DNA from: Sphyrna mokarran
Taxonomy: Eukaryota
Assembly (NCBI GenBank): GCA_024679065.1
Contig: JAGIQG010000002.1
Span: 68,014,001 to 68,078,000, forward strand
Length of the DNA: 64,000 nt
Direction: 5' to 3'
Part shown: positions 26,410 to 38,660 of the stretch, piece by piece
Numbering within the stretch: the stretch's first letter is position 1
Layout: the number at the start of each line of letters is the position of its first letter
Position numbers and translations under genes: made by a program
Notes under the pieces: generated by a model
The model's input: the letters and a program-made list of their open reading frames with translations, nothing else
Told to the model about the DNA's origin: nothing
The model's database searches: none

Positions 26410-28030
26410 CAATACATCCTCGCTGGTGAGCTCAATGCATTCTATACCCATTTTGAGCAAGAGGTCAGCGAAAGCATGCTCTCCACCCTGGAAGCCCTGG
26501 ATGAACCTATATCTGGAGTCACAACTGCAAATATCAGAGCAGTTTTCTTGAAAGTCAACCCACGGAAAAGCAACTGGCCCGAATGGGGTAACCGGATGTG
26601 CCCTCAGATCCTGCACGGTTCAGCTGGTGGAGGTATTCAGAGGCATCTTCAATCTCTCTTTACAACAATGTAAAATCACTATCTGCTTCAAGAAGACGAC
26701 CATCATCCCGATACTTAAGAAAAACCAAGCAGCGTGCCTTAACGACTATCGGCCGGTGGTTCTGACAGCCATCATTATGAAGTGCTTTAAAAGGCACAAA
26801 TCAATTCCAGCTTCCCCGACTACCTGGATACTACTGTTTGCCTGCTGCCTCTACAGGTCTACAGCAGACACCATTTCCCTGGCCCTACATTCAACCCTGA
26901 AAAACCTAGATAACAAGGACACTTAAGTCAGACTCTTATTTATTGACCACAGCTCAGCCTTCAACACTATTATTCCCACAAAAGCTTACCTCCAATCTCC
27001 ATGGCCTGTGCCTTAGTGCGTCCCTCTGTGACTGGATCCTGAATTTTCTAACTCACAGACCACAATCAGTAAGGATAGGCAACAACACCTTCTCCAAGGT
27101 CATCCTCAACACCGGTGCCCCACAGGGTTGTGTTCTCAGTCCCCTACTATACTTCTTATACATAACTGCATGACCAAGTCTCCCTCCAATTCAATTTTTA
27201 AGTTTGCTGACGACACCATCGTAGTGGGTTGGATCTCAAACAATGACGAGATAGAGTACAGGAACGAGATAGAAAATCTGGTGAACTGATGCAGTAACAA
27301 TAATCTCTCCCTCAATGTCAAGAAAATAAAGGAGATTGTCATCGACTTCAGGAAATATAAAGGAAAACATTCCCCTGTCCACATTAATGGGGATGAAATA
27401 GAAACTGTCAACAGCTTCAAGTTTTTAGGTGTCCCGATCACCACCAACCTGTCCTGGTCCCCCCATGCCAACACGATAGTTAAGAAAGCCCACCAATGCC
27501 TCTATTTTCTAAGAAGACTAAGGAAATTTGGCATGTCAGCTATGACTCACACCAACTGTCACAGATGCACCATAGAAAGCATTCTTTCTGCTTGCAGGAA
27601 CCATACTAACCTGTAATACAAAAAAACTGCAAAAGGTTTTGAATGTAGCCTAATCCATCATGCAAACCAGCCTACCATCCACTGACTCTGTCTATACTTC
27701 CCACTGCCTCAGCAAAACAGCCAGCATAATTAAGGACGCCACACACTCTGGACATTCTCTCTTCCACCTTCTTCCATTGGGAAAAAGATACAGAAGTCTG
27801 AGGTTACGTACCAACTGACTCGAACACCTCCTTCCTGCTGCTAACAGACTTTTGAATGGATGTACCTTGCATTAAATTGATTTTTCCCCACACCCTAGCT
27901 TTGACTATAACACTATGTTCTGCACTCTCTCATTTCCTTCACTATGAAGAGTATATTTTGCCTGGATAGCGCACAAGAAACAATACTTTTTCACTGTTTG
28001 TTAATATATTGACAATAATAAATCAAGTCA
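26410..28030 (+). mobile_element. Rex1/Babar-like LINE, 5'-truncated, degenerate RT
   Basis: [26 protein letters not shown] motifs; tail aataataaatcaagtcaaa. Confidence 0.85.
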
Positions 28031-28338
28031 AAAGTTAAAGCCGGCTTTTACATTTAAAAGCAAATCTCTTCAAAAACAGCAATTTCACAAAGGCATTGTT
28101 GTCCATGTTCCTCAGAAAGGCTGGATGAACGAACATGGTTGAAATAGATAAAAGTGTGGAATTTGCGACCTGGAAGATTACGCAAAGAAAAATATGTTTG
28201 TCCTTGACATGTTCAAATCCCATCTTTTAATTATGAAGTAAGATCAACCAATACTGACAAGCTGTTATTACCAGTAGTCTTACAAGTCTCATTCAGACCT
28301 TACTTTCTGTACAAATATGGCAACAATTATGTTGGAAG

Positions 28339-28657
28339 ATCACTTCTCAGCCTTTTGGCTAAGATCAAGCGTAGTATCGACATGCTGTACTTGGTTGAAG
28401 TCATTAAGTTACATTTTAGTTACATTTGAAGCAATTTTTTAAAGCAACATCTTGACCTTTTGGTTAAGATGCAAATGAGATCAAGCCTTGGAGGCGGGGC
28501 TATGCCTCCTCCAATCAGGTTGGATCATGTAGATCAAGCCCAAGACAGGAGACAAGAACCCTGTCTTGTCAGCTTGGATTGGGAATGTCTCAACTTGTTG
28601 GGACTCTGAATTGGATTTGAATTGATTGGATTGAATTGGAATAAAGAATAAAAAAAA
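28339..28657 (+). mobile_element. U2 snRNA-headed SINE-like retroposon / retroposed U2-variant RNA
   Basis: 28339-28378 matches U2 nt 1-40 at 37/40 (ATCACTTCTCAGCCTTTTGGCTAAGATCAAGCGTAGTATC); the body is not canonical U2 and has several hairpins; tail (TTGAA/TTGGA)n + AATAAAGAATAAAAAAAA. Confidence 0.7.
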
Positions 28658-29634
28658 GTGTTCAAGCCAGAAATATGCAAATGACCGTATTCACAGTATA
28701 GATGTGTGGAATGCCCTGGAGCTCGGAAACTGACGCATTTCCTTCCATTCAAAATCTGGACAACGAAATAGAATCCCGTTAGTCCAAATCAATTCAATAA
28801 GAACTTTAGACAAAAACTTTCATTTTTTAAATCCTATAACAGACAGGATTGCCAAGATACTAATTAATTTCCTATAGATTCTAATGAGAAAATTGTTTTA
28901 TTAAGAACTATTTAATTGATGGATTTAAGTATTTTAAGCAAAAGCTAATTCATTTGCAGTTCATACTGAAACATTGTTGAGAGTATTTCATAAGTTAATT
29001 TGATACATTTTAGTTGTTTCAATTCCCTTATAACAATGCACTCCTATTATCATAGGGCAAATTAATTCCTAGAGAGATTAATATGCACTCTTTTTACATA
29101 TTTTTGCAAGAAAAACAGACCAACTCAATTGCAGGAAAGGAAAATTTGGGCTTAATGGATAATAAGTAAGAGATGAAAATAGATGAAATTTTCATCTGAG
29201 GTTTCTTGTCCTACTTTAAGGCAGTCAAAAGAGTAGTCTACGTATTACTAATGATTTCACAGATGCACTTAGAGAAAAACATTTGGCATAGGTTTTATAC
29301 ATTTATCCTGTGTTTTCTACTGTTTTGTGCTGGATAAATTTGTAGACACAAATCTATGACAAATATGCCAAGTTTATTTGGTGCAATTTTTGGACCACTC
29401 AACTTCTGATGACATTGCAGCCTTGATCCAAATATGGACAAAACAGCTGATCTCAAGAGATGAGGTGAGAATTGGAGTGTAATGAGATAATAGAATAATT
29501 ACGGTAATGAGTGCTGTGACCGACACTCAAGAGAGAGGATGGAATAGTATGTATTCGTGAGAGACACATCCATTCTGTAACTTACATCTAGTCTTTAGTA
29601 ACTACTTGAGTCAAGATTGCAGTCACAGCTGATT

Positions 29635-30260
29635 TCTGCACTCTCTCCAAAGCTTCCACGTCCATCTGCTAGTTTGGTGATCAGAATTGGACATGGTATT
29701 CCAAGTGTGGCCTAACCAACATTTTACACAACTGTAAGAATTTGCCAACTTTTAAACTCAATGCCCCATCCAATGAAGGCAAGCATGCCTTATGTGCTGC
29801 CAGTTTTAAGAATCTGTGAACATGCTCTCCCCAATCTGTGTGCGTCATTGCTTCTGATTTTTCTGCCATTTATTTTGTAGCTCCCAGCTGAATTGGATGT
29901 ACCAAAATGCATCACCTCGCTTTTGTCCAGATTAAATTCCATCTGTCATTTCTCTGCCCAATTTTCCAGGCTATATCCTGTTGTATTCTCTGACAATCTT
30001 CATCGCTATCCATAACTCTACCAATCTTAGTATCATCTGCAAGCTTACTAATCAAACTAGCCATGCTTTCTTCCAAGCAGAAATCCCAGCACTGATCTCT
30101 GCAGAACATCACTACTTCCAAACCTTCATTCAGAAAAACACACTTCCACCGCTACCCTATCTTCTATGACCAAGCCAGTTGAACCAATTTAGCTAGTTCA
30201 CTCTTGATCCCATGTGATTTAGCCTTTTGCACCAGCCTGCCATGAGGGACCTTGTCCAGT
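29635..30260 (-). mobile_element. CR1 RT fragment
   Basis: SKLADDTK, LVRPHLEY. Confidence 0.8.
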
Positions 30261-30960
30261 TTTGAGCTGTTAAATCTGTTCTTAATCTCTCTCATGTGCA
30301 ATGCTAACTCCTAATAATCATGGACAGATACATTAACAATAGGCAGATTGGTGAAGCAGAGATTGCCTTTAAGAACAGAAGACTGGCTGAATGATGCACT
30401 ACTGGTGAATGTTGCTAAGTTCCTTGCTGAATTGCAGAGGTAGCCAACAATATAGGAGCAAATGCCATTATTACATTAATTCAGTACTGCTCCACTGGAA
30501 CAAGCATGGGCAGAATAGAATCACAACCCCTGCACCTGAAAAATATGACAATGTAATTTTTAGTCTCTAACTACTGGAAGCAAGTATAATGGAGTGACAA
30601 GGCACAAAAGATGGGACAACAAGCAAAACCTTCTGTCAAATAAATCACCTAAGACAAGATGAAGGATAAAGGGAAGTTGGTTATTAGGGAGAAATAAAAA
30701 GCTTATGTTCTTATGTTAGTGAATTTAATCTCTTGTACTCAATTCCTACAACATTAATCTGGCGATTTCAAAGATCAAAGATCAAATCTCAAAGTGAAAT
30801 GTGATAGAGGCTGCAAGCAGACTGGTTTGATCTCAGACTATTGCCAGGTACAAGGTTGGAGTCAGTAGCTAGTTAATAGGGTTTGAAGTAGTGAACCAAA
30901 AACAATGACTCAAATCTTTCCAATATTTAATTGAAGGGAGTTTCTGCTCATCGAATCCTG

Positions 30961-31240
30961 GGGTGGCAGAGTGGCTAGCACTGCTGCCTCAGCACCAGGG
31001 ACTGGTATTCAATTTCCACCTTGGATCACTGTGTGGAGTTCGCATATTCACCTCGTGTCTGCATGGATTTCCTCTAGGTGCTCTAGTTTCCTCCCACATG
31101 CCAAAGTTGATTGGCTATGCTAAATTGCCATCGTCAGGAGAATTAGCAGGGTTGAGGATTGAGCTTGGGTGGAATTGTCATCAGCGCAGGCTCGATGGGA
31201 CAAATGGAACTCTTCTGCACTGTAGGGATTCCATGGATGT
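30961..31240 (+). mobile_element. HE1-like SINE, degenerate
   Basis: GTGGCAGAGTGGCTAGCACTGCTGCCTCA head, core and CR1-type tail. Confidence 0.72.
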
Positions 31241-31628
31241 TAGGTAAGTAGTATGATAACTTGACATATTGGAACTGTGTAGAGAAGTGAGGCAGAGCTG
31301 CATATTATGTGTACGTGTGAAAATTAATTGTGCTTTCAGATATGTCACCTCATGGATGAGAAAAAATGCTGACCAAGGATAGAGGAGGGATAGCAAAAGT
31401 AACAGTATGGGAGCAGGAAAGGAGCTACGGAAGTAAATTTCTGGCTACGATGACATAGATATGAATGGAATCAGATGAGAACAGCCCTAGCCAATTGGAT
31501 GACAGTGGAGTGGTGTTGGAAGAAGATCACATGGTCATCAACATAAAAGGCTGCAGGGAGGTCAAGAGGACAGCAAGTTTACTTTTCTCACACACAGATA
31601 TAATTGTAAGTTAAAGTTTTTCATTACT

Positions 31629-31977
31629 GGGCAGCAAGGTAGCACATTTATTAGCACTGCTACTTCACAGCTCTAAGAATGTGGGTTTGATTCCTGGCTT
31701 GTGTCATTGTGTCTGTGTGGAATTTGCACATTCTTCTCATGTCTCCGTGGGTTTCCTGCAGGTGCGCCAGTTTCCTCCCACAGTCCAAAGCTGTGAGAGT
31801 TAGATTGATTGGCCATGCTAAAATTGCCCCTTAGTGTCCTGAAATGCATAGGTTAGAGAGATTAGTGGGTAAATATATAGGGATATAGGGAAAAGGCCTG
31901 GGTGAGATTGTAATCAGTGCAGACTCAATGGGCCAGATGGCCCTATCCTGCACTATAGGGTTTCAATGTTTCTATGA
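31629..31977 (+). mobile_element. HE1-like SINE (tail A)
   Basis: Head, B box GGTTTGATTCC, core and CR1-type tail. Confidence 0.82.
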
Positions 31978-32899
31978 TACTGTAGCATGTTTCAATATTA
32001 ATTTCCAGATAAGATTGGAGTGACGTTTGGAAACATACTTCTAATATGTGAAAGGAAAGGGAGGTTGGAGATAATGTGGGTATTTGTAGGATGTTGGGAT
32101 AAAGGATTAATTACTTGAGGCAAGAGATAATGATAGCAGATTTAAAGGAGAGAGGGACAAACCTGAAGTGAGAACTTTATAATATTTGCTGACATAGGGA
32201 CCAGGAGGAGAATTTGGGTGGTCAGCAGTTCAGTGGGAATAAGATAAAGAGAACATCAGGTGGATCTCAAAGAAAAACTCAAAGGGCATGTTTGGCCAGA
32301 TGGGTTAATGGAAGGGAAGAGTATGTCTGAGGCAACTAATTGTCATTTAAAATCAAAGAAGTCCATGAGCTTTTCAGACAATGTTGGAAATGAGGGTGGA
32401 GTGGTCAGAGAAGGGTTCAATGTGGTAAAGAAGTCAGGGATTATCTTTGCATTCCAAGGTGATCCTGGAATATTGAGTAGTTTCTTTATTATACTGTTTG
32501 GAGGAAAAGATAAAAATACAAACCATACTTGCTACACACGTGTGAAAAGTTAATATTTTTAAAAACATTTGTTCACAGGATGTGAAGTATAACCAACTAC
32601 ATAAGCATTAATTGTCCATTCCTAATTTCTTTCATCATAAATAAACAGAAGCTGGAAATATTCAGAAGGTATGGCAGTAGCTATGAAGAATAAAAAGCAG
32701 AGTTATCATTTTGTGTCTGTGACTGTTCATTTATTGTTGACTTTACTCCAAACAATGACTTTGCCAACCCTATTGTAGAGAGAGCTGTAGAGCCAAAACA
32801 AATTTCATTACATTCACCAATGTCTAATTTAACTAGACAGGGTATCTTTGAAATCTGGGTATTTATTTTGGTTATCAACAGGAGGAAACAAGGAACTGA

Positions 32900-32943
32900 A
32901 ACAAAAAGCAATATAAACAACACTGAATGAACAACTTTTTATT
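32900..32943 (-). terminator. Probable MTRR polyadenylation signal (AATAAA at 32943-32938) with downstream GU/U-rich element
   Basis: Minus strand reads AATAAAAAGTTGTTCATTCAGTGTTGTTTATATTGCTTTTTGTTT; implies a 3' UTR of ~3.6 kb; no transcript evidence. Confidence 0.45.
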
Positions 32944-33082
32944 TGAGACTGTGTTTACTATTCGCCCACTATTTTTAACATATTATAACAAACCAACTTT
33001 TATAGAATAGAAAGCGTTCAAATTTTAAAAATATATTCAAATAGTATTTTTGTGGATAACAATTAATTATTGGCAAGGTTTA

Positions 33083-33301
33083 TGAGGTGGAAATGCCAGC
33101 GTTGAACTGGGGTGGGCACAGTAAGAGGTCTCACAACACCAGGTTAAAGTCCAACAGGTTTATTTGGTATCACGAATTTTCAGAGCATGCTTCTTTAGTG
33201 ATCATGCAAGTGACTGACGCCAAAGAAACCTGATGTACTTCATTCTGGTGTTGAGGCTTCTTACCGTGCCACTCCAATCAAACACCAGCATCTCCACATC
33301 A
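33083..33301. mobile_element. Palindromic short element (~60-bp imperfect inverted ends), same family as 8214 and 10485
   Basis: TGAGGTGGAAATGCC...CAACACCAG at left vs CTGGTGTTG...GCATCTCCACATCA at right. Confidence 0.7.
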
Positions 33302-36300
33302 TAATTCTACCACAGACAGAGATATCTGAAAAAGCTAGTCAAAGAATCAAATTAGTTCAGGGATTACATCCTGCTTGGTACCAATGTTTCAGAATTCAAC
33401 AACATTTTAATGCATCTAGTGATAGCATATTGCATCCTTGGTTACTAAGCTGCAAAGCACTGGACTCAGGAGCCTAAAGATAGCGTCACATAGCCACTTC
33501 CTCATCCACAAAAATGGCAGATAGGAAGTATGCATTTAAATCCAATTGGGTGAACAGCTCTGAGGATACAAGGGATGCTTCAATCATGGGGATTGCAGAA
33601 TGATGGAAAGACTGAGGGAAGGGGACCAGAGTTCAGATTTGGCACCAAGACTAGAGGGCACCGAAACAAATAGGGTCAGCATAGGGAATAAAAAAATGAG
33701 TCATCATGTAAGTATCATAAGAAAATGAGTTATATCATTACCTTTTGCTAATAGTTTTCTCGTGTGATGGGTTTTAAAACTTTTAAAAAGGAAGATTTGT
33801 CGAATCCGATTCGGTCCGTACCACCTCCTTTCTTTCCTTAAGGAGGAGTGAAGCAATGGCACATGAACAGAGATACCAGAGCAGTGGCAAGAGAAGACTC
33901 AATGTGCAGATGCCACTCACATGATAAAGAAGCAGTGATCCAAAAGCTTGTGCTGCCAAATAAACCTGTTGGATTTTAATCTGATGTTGTGACACTTCTT
34001 ACCAAAAAGAGTTACTAGCAGTCTCCAAGTCACTGCTGAGAAATCCAGGGCAAATGGCATCTCAGGCAGCAAATAAATAGGGGACAAAGGAAATTACATG
34101 ATGATCCTGTAAAGTATAGGACAGATGGTCACCCTGAGTCTCCATTGATACTTGATAATGTCAAGGAAAAATATGGGTTCTTTGTGCAGACCTAAAACAG
34201 GCACTAGCCCATTCATTTGTAATAGAGTATCTAACACTTTGCCTGAGATTTTTGCCACAGGGCTGGATTACCCTGGGAGTCTGCATCATCTGATGCCATT
34301 AGGGAACCAATTCTGCACAACAGCTGCCACAGAAAGTAGTTACTTTTAGACAAACTTCTGGAACCCATCTATGCAGTTAAATGCAGAAATTCAAAAAGGT
34401 TCCTGACCAAGGGGGGATTGAGCAGGTGATTGGTAAGGAATAAGGAACCCAGAAATTGGAGCCCCTATGCACTGTGGAATTTTAACTCTGTGTGCTGTCA
34501 CCAGTTGATTTGCTACATGGAAACTAGCCTGATTAGCAGACTTGGCTTTCAGTTGGGTAGCAGGCAGGTCAGTAAAGGCCACAGGCAAAGGCACACTTGT
34601 ATTTTCGGAGGAGTGGAGGAGTGGAGGAGGATGGAATTGCAAGCATCAGAAGAGAATTGAAGGGTGGAAACAAAGAAGTGCCCAAGAGGTTGATCGGATA
34701 CATGTTGGATCCACCAGTTAAATATAAAAGAACCTACGAACTGGATTGGACCAGTCTTCTCACTTGGCTTTAACCATTGCATTCCCTGTGGATTAAGAAA
34801 CCTGGCCATGCACAAATAAATTTGAAAAGTTGAATATTGAGGCTGAGATTCTCACTGTAATATTTAAAGTGCCAACCCAACTCTGGAGGCACCTACTGTC
34901 ACTCACCTACATTACAGTTCCAGTCAAAGATTGAGGTTAGTTGCTGTCTAAACCCTACTGTGTGGTTTAAAGTACCTGTCTCAGGTGAGGATTCTTCAAT
35001 CTGATTGGTTGAGGGAGATGTTATTGCCTGCCCCACCAGAGATCCCTTATAGAAACTGTCCAGTTGATCAGCTTCCTAATGATAGGAGATTGTTAATCAA
35101 AAACCTACAGAAAACTACAGGCAGATAAGGGAATGCATTTCCTTCACTGCCTATTGCAAAATTTGTGCTTTCCTATAGGTTTCAATTTTGTTTTGTGTCT
35201 ATAGTTTAAATGTTATTCAATTTCCAACAAGTAAAAGTGTTTTTCCAAAAATCTTTTGCATGTTAATAAATTTCTCCTCATTTGCTCATCCACTGTATTG
35301 TTTAAGGTGCTCGATGAAAGTAATGTATCTAATGTTAACAATTCTAATAGAAGTCATATATAAAAAGTACTTCTGCAGAATTTGCAGGTGTATGCGGAGC
35401 TGAAAGATATACGCATCTAGAACATGTTTGCATATTAAAAAGCTTTGTGAACCATAACACAAACATAAATAAGTTATCTTTAGCTATTTCAAGATGAGCA
35501 CACAGAAACACAAAGCTCGAGCTGAAAGAGTTGACAGAATAGGAAGTGTGGCAGGAAGAACAATGCAACTTATAATGGTGCATTCAAAAGACCACTATCA
35601 TCTTTGCAATTCAGCCCTCTCCCAATGTTCTACTGAAGTATTGAATCCAAGAAAAAAATATATACCTGCTGTGCTGCTAAGATAATAAATTAAAATTAGT
35701 AAAGAGTATGTATTTCCTTTGCTTAAGGCCTAAAAAGGCTACAGTTCCAGTGATTACAAAAGTTAATGCTGTACCTACTGGCACATGGATGCATTTCAGC
35801 AACATTTTTGACTTTTAAATAATGAATAAAAATTAAAAGAATTTGCTGTCAAAGGTAAAGAATATGACAGCACAAAAAAAACTGTCAGTGAGGTAATGAT
35901 GTGACAAAATGCAGTGTTTCACAGCTAACCCTGAGAATTTATAAATTAAGTGTGATTTGGATATACTGAAAATGCTGGTATTTAAAACCGATTTAAATTA
36001 CAACATTTCACGAGACTGAACTGGATGGAGTTCAATGGAATCTTCACTACTTGTATGTTGCATAACTAACAAATTTACCATAAAGATGTCATATAAAAAG
36101 TATAATTTTAAAATTGCATTAACAAATGCATTTACATCATTTTACTCAAGCATTACAATAAGAGGTTATATTAAAACAGATGAAACTCAATAACCCATTC
36201 AGTAGCATTTTAAGGAGCAAAAAAATCACAACGCAGCAATTCCTAATGGCACTGTCAAAAACATCCAAGCTCATATGAAAGTGCATTATTTGCAAAGATG

Positions 36301-36533
36301 TTTGACGATCTTTTATCTAAACATTGTCAGAGTGATATTCAAAGAGGATCACCGTATTCTGTATCTTTGACATGGCGCTGCGCAGACAGTTTAAAAAAAT
36401 CCCCAATCACTGTCTGAGTGTTTTACTAACATATCTTCCAACAATCGGCATTGTTTTGCACTTCTCAAACTTTTTCATTGAAAGGTTTTTTTTAAAAAAA
36501 AATCTACTTTTTTTCCCCTCTCTTCCGATGCAA

Positions 36534-36678
36534 TTAACTCCAAACATCCTGTAGGTAACGTTTCTCTTCACGTAGATTGGCCACAACTTTCATGGCGGCC
36601 AGGGTATCCACTCCCAGCTTTTCTGACACAATCTCGGTGAGGCAGCTGGCCACATCTTTAGCCATATTCTTGCCATCT
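36534..36678 (-). CDS. MTRR: MTRR terminal coding exon
   Basis: tttctaaaacag acceptor; [47 protein letters not shown] then TAA; canonical C-terminal RYxxDxWS of diflavin reductases. Confidence 0.96.
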
Positions 36679-37254
36679 CTGTTTTAGAAACAAAATTAAA
36701 ATCAGTAAAATAGCAGTTTCAACAACAACCTATATTCTTCTAGATGTTACAAAACTCAAAGTGCAGATAGCCAAATAAATGGGAGTCAGGACTTAATCAC
36801 TTCAGTTAAGCAGGCCAATCTAGCAGCTCAACATATAATATTAGTGATAATGGAGTGCTTACCATCTCTCAGAGCAACGCTAGCTACTTCGAAATTGAAC
36901 AATGGCACAATCACTGATTCTCAATGGTACAAACTGCAGGCAATGTTACAGAACAGAAAACAATTTACAAACAACGCTACATAGTTGGCTGTCCATCTAT
37001 GAGGTGGAATTACTGTTTCATTGCCCATTGTTAATATATATTTTCAACAGCTGCCATAATCATTGCTGACCTTTGAATCTGACATGCAACTGCAATCAGG
37101 ATTTTCAAAGTTTTTTTTTTAAAATACGTGAGTTAGTTTTTTTTTAAAACACCCAGCAAGCATATTGACAATAGGCTGGATGGTCAGCTCTCCATTGTCC
37201 CCATCCCTGTAACAATATTAATTATCAGTATCAAACTGAACAGAAAAAGCATTT

Positions 37255-38360
37255 AAAAATTGAAATCAAAAGTGAAAATGCTGGATAATCTCAGCAGGTC
37301 TGGCAGCATCTGTGAGGAGAAAAAAAGAACTGATGTTGAGCTAGATGACCCTTTGTCAAAGTTAAAAGGCATGGAAAGTGGGAGATATTTATACTGCAGG
37401 GGGAGAAAATGAAAGATGGGCCAAAGCCACAGAAACCAGAGGAAAAAACTGCTAATAGCTGGCAAGAGAGAGAAAGGATGCAAATGGTCAAATAGCAGAG
37501 AAGCTTTAACTGATGAAGATGTGGGAGGAAGGGGTGGATGGAATGGGACAGGGGTAAAATGTAGAAAAAGGAAGTGGGAAGAGAAATAGTAAGGGAAGGG
37601 GATGAAATAAGAGGAAGGAGTGGGAACAAGGGAGGAAGAAAAATGAAGACAGACAATAAAGAAATAAAAGATAGAGAATAGTAAAGAAATTAAAATAGAA
37701 ATGAAATCAAAGGGTACAGCTTGCCACTTTAGCTCCCATGCCCACATATTTATCCTCGATTTGCTGCAACATTCTAGCGAAGCTCAACGCAAACTGGAGC
37801 AATAGCTTGTCATCTTCAAGCTAGGCACTTTACAGCCTTCCAGTCTCAACACTGAACTTAACAACTCCACCTTGGCCCCCTTTGTTTTCATTCTATTTTA
37901 ATTTTTTTTTAAACTGTTCTCTACCCTTTTGTTTGTCTTTCTTCATTTTCTTCACCCCCTTCCCACTCTTTCCCCCTACTTCATCCCCCTTCTCTAACCT
38001 TCTTCTCCCCCAACTTCTCCTTTTCTACATTCTACCTCAGTTCCATTCTCCCCAACACATTTTCATTTGTCACAGCTTACAGCTTCTCTGCTGTTTGGCC
38101 ATTCATACCCTTTATTCTCTCTGTGGACAGCTATTAGCAGTCTTTTTCCCTGGTTTCTATAGCTTTCACTCATCTTTCATTCTCTCCCCCTGCAGTATAA
38201 ATCTCTCTCACTTCCTATGTTTTTTAATTTTGACAAAGGGTCATCTGGATTTGAATTATAAGCTCTTTTCTCTCCTTACAGATGCTGCCAGACCTGCTGA
38301 GATTTTCCAGCATTTTCTCTTTTGGTTTCAGATTCCAACATCTGCAGTATTTTGCTTTTA
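37255..38360 (+). mobile_element. Penelope-like element: inverted pseudo-LTRs flanking a GIY-YIG endonuclease C-terminal remnant
   Basis: 37716-37868 translates TACHFSSHAH..ILDLLQHSSEAQRKLEQ*LVIFKLGTLQPSSLN; 37255-37710 is an inverted copy of 37881-38360. Confidence 0.8.
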
Positions 38361-38424
38361 TTTAAAAATTGAAAACTTTCAATTAGTAATGGCAAGTAAT
38401 TGGTATATTGCTTTTGTCTGGGAT

Positions 38425-38660
38425 TGCACAATAAATAAACTTACATTAATACCACAATGAAGTTCTGTGAAAATCCCCTAGTCACCACACTCTGGCGCTT
38501 GTTCGAGTACATGCAGGGAGAATTTAGCATCTAACTAGCACATCTTTTAGATTGAGAAGGGAAACTGGGTGGGGGGTGCAGTTTGGAAATGTGTGATCTA
38601 AGCCACATATTGAACAGATTGCCAGCTCTGTATGGCAGCAGTGCTAACCACCGTGCACCC
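38425..38660 (-). mobile_element. HE1-like SINE (tail B), degenerate
   Basis: Matches 15185-15482. Confidence 0.65.

Noticed and set aside
28339-28530. Functional canonical U2 snRNA gene
   Set aside because: Similarity stops at nt 40; no stem IIa/IIb or 3' domain sequence and no recognisable PSE
28379-28657. Autonomous Keno/Utopia insertion in a U2 gene
   Set aside because: No ORF, and the 3' part of U2 does not follow the tail; only a non-autonomous derivative remains possible
28328-28666. Target-site duplication for the U2-headed element (tgttggaag / tgttcaag)
   Set aside because: Too short and imperfect to call
35825-35830. Plus-strand AATAAA as the end of a convergent gene
   Set aside because: No plus-strand exons found; expected by chance in AT-rich DNA
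37253-38460. Phe/Ser/Pro-rich ORFs of 121-192 aa as membrane proteins
   Set aside because: Translations of pyrimidine-rich Penelope pseudo-LTR arms
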